Positions 51,223 through 62,039 of a DNA stretch of 64,000 bases are shown here, one piece after another (the first letter of the stretch is position 1; each line of letters starts with the position of its first letter). Below the pieces are notes generated by a model that saw only the letters and a list, made by a program, of their open reading frames with translations, made no database searches and was not told the origin of the DNA. The DNA comes from Mobula hypostoma (Eukaryota), in contig NC_086108.1 of assembly GCF_963921235.1 (NCBI RefSeq), positions 6,448,001 through 6,512,000 of the forward strand, in the 5' to 3' direction. Position numbers and translations under genes: made by a program.

Positions 51223-51394
51223 GGCCTCCACACCCATCTGTGACAATGAATTTCACAGATTCCCCCCCCCCCCCCGGTTTTGTTGGAGCTGGAGTGTTTG
51301 GCATAGCGGTGGGACCAAGGCAGTGGACGTTGGGTGGTTGGTGCTTTGGGCTGTGTCCCAGTTAACCAAGGCCTTCCATTCTCTCATTGCACAG

Positions 51395-51563
51395 GCTGAA
51401 GGGGTGCTATGAGTCGCTGTACATCGGTTACCCTCTGGAAGCCATGGTCGATCTCACTGGTGGAGCCCCTGAATCCCTTCAGATTGACGAGATGCCCAAG
51501 GACCTTTGGAAATTCTTGAAGAAACTCCTGGACAAAGGCTCCATAGTTTGCTGTGCAAAGCCG
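51395..51563 (+). CDS. Calpain coding exon 5 (LKGCYESLYIGYPLEAMVDLTGG...KGSIVCCAKP)
   Basis: Acceptor attgcacag, 169 nt, donor gtaaat; GxYExL and DLTGG motifs. Confidence 0.95.
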
Positions 51564-51689
51564 GTAAATAGAAACGGCATTCAGGAAATAATAGCCGTGT
51601 TTTCATCTGGAGGGTGCTGTTGGATCTCTGTTTATTTTCTGAGCCTTGGGGTCCTTCCGGGAGTCAGGAATAGTGAGCAGTGTTAATTC

Positions 51690-52000
51690 CAAGATTCCAG
51701 GGAGTCTTGCGAGACCATGGATCTGCACCTGAAAAGTCTTCACTCTCCAGGGCGCAGGCCTGGGCAAGGTTGTATGGAAGACCAGCAGTTGCCCATGCTG
51801 CAAATCTCCCCTCTCCATGACACCAATGTTGTCCAAGGGAAGGGCATTAGGACCCATACAGCTTGGCACCGGTGTCGTCGCAGAGCAATGTGTGATTAAG
51901 TGCCTTGCTCAAGGACACAACACGCTGCCTTGGCTGGGGTTCGAACTCACGACCTTCAGGTCGCTAGTCCAATGCCTTAACCACTTGGCCACATGCCCAC
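51690..52000 (-). mobile_element. tRNA-derived CORE-type SINE
   Basis: Minus strand: gtggccaagtggttaagg (A box), gagttcgaacc (B box), gtgtccttgagcaaggcactt (CORE-like). Confidence 0.7.
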
Positions 52001-52119
52001 ACAAGTACCGAGTAAACTAAATAAAGAGCTGAGAAACTATGCTCTGAGGGGACAAGGGAATAAAGAAACCAAGACGGTGCCTCTGAAAATCCGTCACTTT
52101 TATAGATAAGATATTCCTT

Positions 52120-52680
52120 AGATAGAGATAAACTAGATAGGCACTTTATTGATCCCAAAGGAAATTACAGTGTCACTGTAGCATTACAAGTGCACAGCTA
52201 TAAATATTAGAAGAGAACTAGAAAGAATAAAAAAAAGTTACCACAAACAGTCTAACAGGAGGGGTCATCACTTCCCCGGCTACAGGTTGACTCATTATAG
52301 ACCCTAATGGCTGAGGGTAAGAATGACCTCGTTTAGCACTCTTTGGAGCAGCACGGTTATCTTAGACTATTACTGGAATTGTTCATCAGCTCAGCCAAGG
52401 TGGCATACAGAGAGTGAGAAACATTGTCCAAAATTGTCAGGATTTTCCGTAGGGTCCTTTGTTCTACCACAGCCTCCAATGTGTCCAGTTTGGCTCCTAT
52501 AACAGAGCCAGCCTTTCTAATCAATTTATTGACCCTGTTGCTGTCACCCATATTGATGCCATTGCCCCAGCACACCACCGCTTAGAAGATTGTAGTGGCG
52601 ACAACAGACTGGTAGAACATGTGAAGGAGGGGCCTGCATACTCTAAAGGACCTCAGTCACCTCAGGAAGTAGAGGCGACT
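52120..52680 (-). mobile_element. Rex/Babar-like LINE 3' fragment
   Basis: ORF 52357 VCWG...VNKLIRKAGSVIG...DNVSHSL. Confidence 0.8.
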
Positions 52681-52764
52681 AGTGAATAGGCTGCATAATT
52701 AAAACAATTACATCACACGGGTACTGTGCTAATACTTAGCCAATAAGAAATGACAGAGTTGATA

Positions 52765-53145
52765 AGACCATAAGACATGGGAGCAGAATGAAGCCATTTG
52801 GCCCATTGAGTCTCCTCCATCATTTTTCCTCTCGGCTCCAATCTCTTGCCTTCTCCCCACATCCCTTCATGCCCTGACCAATCAAGAATCTGTCAACCGC
52901 TGCCTTAAGTATACATACAGACTTGGCCTCCACAGCTGTCTGTGCCAACGAATTCCACAGATTCACCACTCTCTGGCTAAAGAAATTCCTCCTCATCCCC
53001 TTTCTAAAAGGACAAGTCTCTACTCTGAGGCTGTGCCCTCTGGTCTTAGACTCTCCCACCACAGGAAACATCCTGTCCACATTCACTCTGTTTGTTGAGG
53101 CTTTTCACCATTCAGTAGGTTTCAATGAGGTCACCACTCATTCAT
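52765..53145 (-). mobile_element. CR1 3' fragment
   Basis: ORF 52820. Confidence 0.9.
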
Positions 53146-53954
53146 CTGACTTCCTGTGAGCCTGAAGACACACACTCAACATTTCAGAAACAGCTTCTAC
53201 CTCTTGTCCATCAGATTTCTGAACAGTTCATGAACCCATGAACACTACTTCACTATTTTTGTTGTCTTTTTGCATTACCTACTTATCAATAGCAACACAC
53301 ACAAAATGCTGGAGTAACTCAGCAGGTCAGGCATCATCTGTGGAAAAGAGTAAGCTGTCAGTGTTTCTGCTGAGACCCTTCTTCAGTCCTGAAACGACAA
53401 CTGTTTACTTCTTTCCGTAGCCGGTACTTGAGCTGCTGAGTTCCTCCAGCATTTTTTGTGTGTTGCTTTAGGTTTCCAGCGTCTCCGGGCTGCTTCTCGG
53501 GTAGAATATTGGCACAGTAGTCTGCGTTACCATTCATTCTTTGGAGTTTTATCTTCTATTTTGAGGATGTCTGTGAAGAGTAAGACTGTCAGGTTGTATA
53601 CTGTGTACATTCTCTGATATTAAATGGAACCATTGACCCATTGTCATTAGAAAGGATGACAATAATATTAATGGACAGGAGTGGACTCGATAGTGTGGGG
53701 GAGGAGGGAGTGCGAGAAAGATGGGGGGACAGATTGGCACCTAGAACTCACTACAAGGGTAAGTGTTATTTGCAAATTTGATAGCAACACTGGCAGTTAG
53801 CGTAATGCTTTACAGTACCAGTGACCCAGTTTCAATTCTCACTGCTGTTTGTGAGGAGTTTCTATGTTCTCCTGGTGACTGCATGGATTTCCCCTGGATG
53901 CTCTGGGTTCTTCCCACATTCCCGAGATGTACCGGTTAATAGGTTAATGGGTCA

Positions 53955-54510
53955 TCTGGAGTATGGTGTGCAGTTTTGGTCACCAAATTTGAGGAAGGAC
54001 ATTCTTGCTATGGAGGGAGTGCAGCGTAGGTTCACTGGGTTAATTCCAGGGATGGCGGGAATGTCATATATTGGAAGATTGGAGCGACTGGGCTTGTATA
54101 CACTGGAATTTAGAAGGATGAGAGAGGATCTCATTGAAACACACAAGATTATTAAGAGATTGGACACGCTAGAGGCAGGAAACATGTTCCCGATGTTGGG
54201 GGAGTCCAGAACCAGAGGCCACAGTTTAAGAATAAGGGGTAGACCGTTTAGAACGGAGTTGAGGAAAAACTTTTTCACACAGAGGGTTGTGGATCTGTGG
54301 AATGCTCTGCCTCAGAGGGCAGTGGAGGCCGATTCTCTGGATGCTTTCAAGAAAGAATTAGATAGAGCTCTTAAAGATAGCAGAGTCAAGGGATGTGGGG
54401 AGAAGGCGAGAACAGGGTACTGATTGTGGATGATCAGCCATGATCACAGTGAATGGCGGTGCTGGGTCGAAGGGCCGAATGGCCTACTCCTGCACCTATT
54501 GTCTATTGTC
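53955..54510 (+). mobile_element. CR1 3' fragment inserted into a V-SINE (about 53780-54590)
   Basis: HLEYGVQFWSP...NFFTQRVV; SINE halves on both sides. Confidence 0.9.
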
Positions 54511-54894
54511 ACATGGATGGAATTGGGTGACGTGAGCTCGTTGGGCCGGAGGGGCCTGTTCCATGCTGTATCTCTAAATAAATAAACTTAGGCCAAAAAA
54601 AACTGCAGATTTTCTTGTGTTTGTTATTTATTAATATTTCTTACTACATCTGATAGTGTAGTTTTTTTGTGATTGAACTGTAGTCCTGCCACAAAACAAT
54701 AAATTTTACAGTGTATTTTCAGTTGTTGTAAACCTATTCCTGATTTTGATTCTGGATTTGGTGAAATAGACAACTCTTCAGTGCCAGCAACCTCGGGATG
54801 AGCTTCGAGGAATACAAGTGTAAAGTATTTTAAAAATTTACAAGAGTATTATAATCCGATAAGTAACATGTAATCCTCCTTGTTCTCTGCACAG

Positions 54895-54966
54895 GGTCCA
54901 GTGGGAGTATTAGGTGAACAAGGCATTGTAACTGGACATGCGTACTCCGTGACTGGTGTTGACAAG
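54895..54966 (+). CDS. Calpain coding exon 6 with catalytic His (GPVGVLGEQGIVTGHAYSVTGVDK)
   Basis: Acceptor ctctgcacag, 72 nt, donor gtgagc; GHAYSVTG motif. Confidence 0.95.
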
Positions 54967-55169
54967 GTGAGCTATGGCTGTTATGTGAAGCAGTGGTGTG
55001 TGACCCCTCTCGGGTTTCTCTGCAGTTTGTACTGCTGGCTGATGGAATGATAGGTGACCTTCTCAGAGCCTCGGTAAACCTCCAGCTCAGCCAGACATCC
55101 TGTGAAATAACTCTTCCTCTCACTGTGCTTCCTTCAGGTTGTCATAGCCTTAGAAAGGGGCGTGGGTAA

Positions 55170-55875
55170 TAGTCATAGTCATACTTTATTGATCCCGGGG
55201 GAAATTGGTTTTCATTACAGTTGCACCATAAATAATTAAATACTAATATGTAAATTATGCCAGGAAATAAGTCCAGGACCAGCCTATTGGCTCAGGGTGT
55301 CTGACCCTCCAAGGGAGGAGTTGTAAGGTTTGATGGCCACAGGCAGGAATGACTTCCTATGACGCTCCGTGTTGCATCTCGGTGGAATGAGTCTCTGGCT
55401 GAATGTACTCCTGTGCCCAACCAGTACATTATGTAGTGGATGGGAGACATTGTCCAAGATGGCATGCAACTTGGACAGCATCCTCTTTTCAGACACCACC
55501 GTCAGAGAGTCCAGTTCCATCCTCACCACATCACTGGCCTTACGAAAGAGTTTGTTGATTCTGTTGATGTCTGCTACCCTCAGCCTGCTGCCCCAGCACA
55601 CAACAGCAAACATGATCGCACTGGCCACCACAGACTCATAGAACATCCTCAGCATCGTCCGGCAGATGTTAAAGGACCTCAGTCTCCTCAGGAAATAGAG
55701 TCGGCTCTGACCCTTCTTGTAGACAGCTTCAGTGTTCTTTGACCAGTCCAGTTTATTGTCAATTTGTATCCCCAGGTATTTGTGATCCTCCACCATGTCC
55801 ACACTGACCCCCTGGATGGAAACAGGGGTCACCGGTGCCTTAGCCCTCCTCAGGTTTACCACCAGCTCCTTAGTC
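55170..55875 (-). mobile_element. Rex/Babar-like LINE 3' part
   Basis: ORF 55284 KTKELVV...KYLG...QSRLYFLRRLRSF; (gactat)n tail. Confidence 0.85.
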
Positions 55876-56274
55876 TTAGTAATGGGGACAAACTCCCACT
55901 CCCAATGGCATTCATGTGAAATGGCCTCTGACAACCAAGTCCAGCTCCTGGCCTTCACGTGTAGTTTAGCTACAAAGTCTGGCACAACTGTTTCTACTGA
56001 CAGGAGAAGGGTAACACGCACAAAATGCTAGTGGAGCTCAGCAGGTCAGGCAGCATACGGGGAAAGGAATAAACAGTCGGCGTATGGGGCAGAGATGCTT
56101 CGCTTCCTCCCCACTGAATTTATCCCTCACCGAGGTCTCCCACGTGCTTCCTAAAGTGGAAGTGCCTGTTCTTTAGTCAGTGCCAATTTCGAGATTTGCC
56201 TGCTCTTGGCCTGTTGAAAGTGTGTGAGGTGTCCAGAGTCTTGGTGATCACTTTTATTTTTGTGGATTTCCCAG

Positions 56275-56360
56275 GTTCAACTCAAGACAAGCGGAGTGGA
56301 GTTGGTGCGAGTTCGCAACCCGTGGGGGAGAGGGGAGTGGAGCGGTGCCTGGAGCGATGG
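56275..56360 (+). CDS. Calpain coding exon 7 with catalytic Asn (VQLKTSGVELVRVRNPWGRGEWSGAWSDG)
   Basis: Acceptor atttcccag, 86 nt, donor gtaagg; RNPWG and EWxGAWSD motifs. Confidence 0.96.
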
Positions 56361-56489
56361 GTAAGGGGAGAGGGAGATCTGGTCAGAGGATTTCACCCCT
56401 AAATTCTTATTCCTCTGCATAGATGCTCTTTGACCTACTGAGTTCATCAGGCATGTTCAAGTTCAAATTTAATTGTCGTTCCACCATAC

Positions 56490-57220
56490 ATTTTTCCACT
56501 GAGGTTGGGTGGGACTGCAACCAGAGGGCATGGGTTAACGGTGAAAGATGAAAATGTTAAGGGGAAACTTCTTCACTCAGAGGGTGGTGAGAATGTGGAC
56601 CGAGCTGACAGCACAAGTGTGCCAGGTGAGCTTGAGCTCGATTTCAATGCTTAAGAGAAGTTTGGATAGGTACCTGGATTTGAGGGATATGTACTCCGCC
56701 TCCACACGCCGACTCCTGTTGTAGACGGCAATATGATCTGTAACAAATCACAGAAAAGTACAGCATAGAAACAGGCCATTTGGCCCATCTAGTCCATGCT
56801 GAACCGTTTAAAATGCCTAGTCCCATCAACCTGCACCGGGACCATAGCCTTCCATATCCCTCCCATCCATGTACCTATCCAAACTTCTCTTAAATGTTGA
56901 AATTGAGCTCGCATGGAGCACACTCTCACGGTCCTGTGAGTGAAGAAGTTGCCTCTCATGTTCCCCTTAAACTATTCACCTTTCACCCTTAACCCATGAC
57001 ACCTACTTGTAGTTCTACCCAACCTCAATGTAAAAAGCCTATCTATATCCCTCATAATTCTGTATACCTATATCAAATCTCCTCTCAGCCTTCCATGTGC
57101 TAAAGGATACAGTCCCAACCTATTCAAACTTCCCATATAACTCAAGTCCTCCAGACCTGGCAACATCCTTGTCAATTTTCTCTGTACTCTTTCAACCTTA
57201 TTTGTGTCTTTCCTGTAGTC
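56490..57220. mobile_element. Two opposed CR1 3' fragments
   Basis: ttcttcactcagagggtggtg on + at about 56570; reverse-complement CR1 3' end at 56745-57220. Confidence 0.75.
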
Positions 57221-57987
57221 CTGCTCCTCCCCTATTGATCAGCTTGCTAGTGGGGTAGACCAGATGTACTAATTTGCAGAAAAAAAGACGTCACGGACGA
57301 ACAATTATACCTACCTTTGGAGCCAGAGAGGCCACTGTCACCATGCGCATCGCCATCTTACCGGAAGTGGTAAGATCTTACCGTGCGTTACCCTGGATTT
57401 CCACGCCAAGGTTTTATGCGTTGTTTCAATCTCTGGGTGGGGAATATCTAGGTGCTAGTGTAGTGTGAGGTATACCATTCTCCTCCTCTCCACAACGCTT
57501 CCACTTCCCGTTTTCTAGTTGCCACACGGGATCACTGAGCGTTCCAGGTGGCGCTCCCTGCATTTTCAATGTGCTCGCAGGATCAGAATCAGGTTTAATA
57601 TCACCGGCATATCTCGTGAGATTTATTGTTATGCAGCAGAGTAATAAAAATTGTAAATTACAGTAAGAAGTATACATTTTAAAGTTAAATTAAGTAAGTA
57701 GCGCAAAAATAGAAATTTAAAAAGTAGTGAGGTAGTGTTCATGGATTCATTGTCCATTTAGAAATCAGATGGCATAGAGGAAGAAGCTGTTCCTGAATCA
57801 TTGAGTGTGTGCCTTCAGGCTTCCTGATGGTAGAAATGAGCAGAGGGCATGTCCTGGGTGATGGGGGTGCTTAATGATGGAAGCTGACATTTTTGAAGCA
57901 TCACTTCTTGAAGATATCCTGCATGCTGGGGCTCTCACCATTATATTCTGAGCGTGAAGATTTTAGATCACTTCTGTCTCTCTGCAG

Positions 57988-58059
57988 GTCTGCAGAGTGG
58001 AGCCAGGTCTCAGAACAACACCGTCCCCTGAAGGTACACTTGGAAGATGGAGAGTTTTG
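57988..58059 (+). CDS. Calpain coding exon 8 (SAEWSQVSEQHRPLKVHLEDGEFW); gene continues beyond the window
   Basis: Acceptor ctctctgcag, 72 nt, donor gtaaga; EDGEFW motif. Confidence 0.94.
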
Positions 58060-58569
58060 GTAAGAACCTCTGTTCATTTCCCACTAACTATCCAACAGTT
58101 CCTCCAACCCCGAGAAGAGATCTCTGAAGGGTCTGATTAAAAATGAAGTGATGGGGGCCAGGGAACTGAGAGTTGTTGAGATGGTGGTGCATGTGCCAGG
58201 CGTCCCTGATTCCCAGATGTAGGTGAGAAGGGACTAGGCCAGGCAGGACAAGATGGAGTCCAGATGAAGGCCCTCAACCTAGAGAGCATCAACGTCCAAT
58301 CCTTCCACAGATGCTGCCTGACCTGTTGAGTTCTTCCGGCGTATTCTGTGTTGTTTAATACCTTCCATCTCCACTGCCTCAATCTATAACAGTCATTAGA
58401 GACACCATCAAAACAGAATTAGAACCAGCTTTATTATCACTGACGTTTGTTGTGAAATTCATTATTGTGCTGCAGCAGAATCGTACAATACAGAAAACAC
58501 ACTATAATTACAATTATCATTAAGTGCCGTGTCGTATGATGTGGGCGATCTTGGTCTTTCCATGATCAT

Positions 58570-59215
58570 TAGATTAGATTATGAGGACACTCAGTCCTCG
58601 TTTATTGTCATTTAGTAATGCATGCATTAAAAAATGATACAATGTTCCTCCGGTGTGGTATCACAGAAACACAAGACAGACCAAGACTAAAACTGACAAA
58701 AACCACATAATTATAACATATAGTTACAACAGTGCAAAGCAATACCGTAATTTGATAACAGCAGACCATGGGCACGGTAAAAAAAAGTCTCAAAGTCCCG
58801 ATAGCCCCAACATTTCATGCAGATGGTAGAAGGAAGAAAGCTCCCCCTGCTGTGAGCCTCCAGCGCTGCAAACTTGCCGATGCAGCATCCTGGAAGCACC
58901 CGACCACAGTCCGACTCTGAGTCCGTCCGAAAACTTAGAGCCTCCGACTAGCCCTCGGATACCGAGCACAATCTCTGCCGAGCGCTTCGACCCCGGCCGC
59001 CAAGCAACAGGCAAAGCCGAGGATTCGGGGCCTTCCCCTCCGGAGATTTCGGATCACACAACAGCGGCGGCATTTCAGAAGTTTCACCAGATGTTCCTCT
59101 GTGCTCTCACATCTGTCTCCATCAAATCAGGATTGTGCACGGCACCCTACTTGACAGATTACAGATATTCATCACCGGAGAGGCCACCGCAAGCTGCGTC
59201 GCATCGCCATCTTCT
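58570..59215 (-). mobile_element. Non-coding retroposon with aagatggcg 5' end and AATAAA plus (taatc)n tail, nested in another repeat
   Basis: Minus strand begins aagatggcgatgcgacgc and ends aataaacgaggac...aatctaatcta; CpG-rich, therefore probably young. Confidence 0.6.
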
Positions 59216-60019
59216 CCTCCTCCCAACTCCATGATTGCTCTTGGGAAATTTTTCTACAGAAGTGGTTTGCCATTGCCGCCTTCTGGGCAGTGTCTTTACA
59301 AGATGGGTGACCCCAGCCATTATCAATACTCTTCAGGGGTTGTCTGCCTAGCGTCAGTGGTCACATAACCAGGAATTGTGACGTGCACCAGCAGCTCATA
59401 TGACCATCAGCCACCTGATCCCATGGCTTCATGTGATCCTGATCGGGGGGGCTAAGTAGGTGCTACACCTTGCCCAAGGTGACCTGCAGGCTAGCGGAGA
59501 GAAGGAGCGCCTTACAGCTCCTTTAGTGGAGATGTAGCTCCACCCTGCCACCCAAAATAAGTAAGTAATGCAAAGAGAGAGCAAAAATATTGAGGTGATG
59601 TTTAGTATTCATAGGTTGATGGACTCTTCAGAGATCTGATGGCAATGGGAGATAAAGCTGTTTCTAAAACACTGAGTCTCCCTAATGGTAGCAATGAGAA
59701 GAGGGCATGTCCTGGATCATGGGGATACGAGTGCCAAGATCATTCACATGGAGGTGTGGAAGCAGGTTTTCCAAATTATAGTATCTGATGACAAACGAGA
59801 GAAAATCTGCAGATGCAAATTGTATCTGATGTTTGGGTACACAAAGGTTACACTCACTGACCCTGGGGGGGCGAATGTGGTCTTTGTGCTGACTGACAAT
59901 GGAAGTTTTGTCTAGAACAGGATGTCCTAGTTGCTACACAACCAATGTTGGGCAGTTTGGCTTGTTCTGAAACATGGTTACTGTTGTGATATAGGAAACA
60001 TGACCACGTTGGACACGCG

Positions 60020-61010
60020 ACTGAAACTTGCCATGCAAGTTGACAAGTTGGCTAAGAAGGTGTATGGTCTGTTAGTCTTCATCAGTCAAGAGACTGAGTT
60101 GAAGAACCGCAAGGTAATGTTGCAGCTCCATCAAACCCTGGTTGGACCACACTTGGAATGTTGTGTTCAGTTCTGGACACCTCATGATAGGCAGGATGTG
60201 GAAGCTTTAGAGAGGGTGCAGAGGAGATTTACCGGGATGCTGTCCAGATTAGAGAACATGACTTATGAGGAAAGGTTGAGTGAACTGGGGCTCTTCTCTT
60301 TTTGGAGGCGACTTGATAGAAGTGTGCGAGATGATAAGTGGCGTAGATTGAATGGATAGCCAGAGTGGAAATGGGACATGATTTTAAGATGATTGGAGGA
60401 ACGTATGGGGTGGTGGGTAGTATCATGGGTAGGTTTTTTTTACACAGAGAATAGTGTGTGAAATACCCCACTGGGGTTAGTGGCAGAGACAGATACATTA
60501 AGGGCATTTAAAAAGGCACATGGATGATAGAAAAATGGAGGTCCATGTGGGAGGGAAGGGTTGGATTGGATTTAGAGTGGTTACAATGTCAGCACAAAAT
60601 TGTGGGCCGAAGGGCCTGTAAGGTACTGTAATGATCTTTGTTCTATGCTCTGGAATTCAGAAACATGAGGGGTGACCTCATTGAAACCTATCAAATGTTG
60701 AAAGGATGTGTAAAGGGAACCTAACACCAGAGGACATAGCCTCAGAATGGAGGGGCATCGTTGTAGAACGGAGATGAGGAGGAATTTCTTCATCCAGAGA
60801 GTGGTGAAGCTGTGGAATTCTTTGCCATAGATGGCTGTAAAGGCCGACTCATTGGCCTTCACAGCCGAGGTTGATAGACTCTTGATTAGTCAGGATATGA
60901 AGAGATACGGGGAGAAGGCAGGAGATTGGGCTGAGAAAGGAAAATGGATCAGCCATGATGAAGTGGCAGAGCCGACTCGATATTCTGCTCCTGTGTCTTA
61001 TGGTCTTTGT
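60020..61010 (+). mobile_element. Two CR1 3' fragments
   Basis: ORF 59931 GPHLECCVQFW...ALERVQRRFT; second fragment from about 60645. Confidence 0.85.
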
Positions 61011-62039
61011 GAACACCAGTTGTTGAGGGATGAATGTTGGCTGAGATCCTGGGGAGAACATCTTTGCAGTAGTAGTGTGTGGTCTTCCATGTCCGTCTGG
61101 CGGGGGGGGGGCGCGGTTGGTGAACACACAGATTGGTGAGAGTCTGGAAAGGTGTTGGGTGAGGGGAAAAGTAGCTGGAATTTTTCACCAGTATGCTCCT
61201 ACCACAAACATTTCATCTTCACCTCTCTCCAGGAGCATCAGCCTGTTTCATTTGCTGAAGGCTCCCTTCTTGAGAAAAGATAAGTTAATTTGTTATGTGG
61301 TCTGCTGAACAGTTTGGGCCTGCTGTGATGGGGCCGGAATGTGTAGCGACTCCTGTGACACCAGCGCTCTCTCACCATATGTTTTGATGCACATATGATC
61401 AGTAAACTTGAATCCTGAATTTTAATAAGCTGAACCTTCTTAACCTTCAAAGAATGTAAAAATATTGGACTGCCTTAAAGATTAAACCACTTTCATTCCT
61501 CAAGGCCCTGACCCAGGTACAAGGGTCTGGCAGATGGAGTACGTTGGTAAATGCAAGGTCATCCACTTTGAAGATCAGATTATTATCTAAAGGGTGAAAG
61601 ACTGTAGCGTGCTGTTATATCAAGGGACTTGAGAGCACTTCAGTACCAGAATCAGGTTTAATATCACTGGCGTATGCTGTGAAATTTGTTGTCTTTGTGC
61701 CAGCAGTACAATGCAATACATCATAATAGAATAAAACATGAATTACAGTAAATAGATATAATGGTTAAATTAAATCAGTAGTGCAAAATAAAAATTAAAA
61801 AATAGGGAGGTAGTGTTCATGGATTCAATGTCCATTCAGAAATCTGATGGCAAAGGAGAAGAAGCTGTTCCTGTACCTCCTCCCTGGGTTTTGGGGGTCC
61901 TTAATGATGGATCTCTCCTTGAGGATGTCCTGGATACTGTGAAAGCTAAGCATGATGGAGCTGACTAAGTTTACAACTCTCTGCGGATTATTTTAATCCT
62001 GTGCAGTAGCCCCTCCCCACCATCCCCACCGCCCCAGGC

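Noticed and set aside
61233..61308. Possible calpain exon 9 after the acceptor-like ctctctccag
   Set aside because: In the required phase it reads SISLFHLLKAPFLRKDKLICYVVC-stop, with no match to the expected MxxxDF...LEIC motif; exon 9 is probably beyond the window
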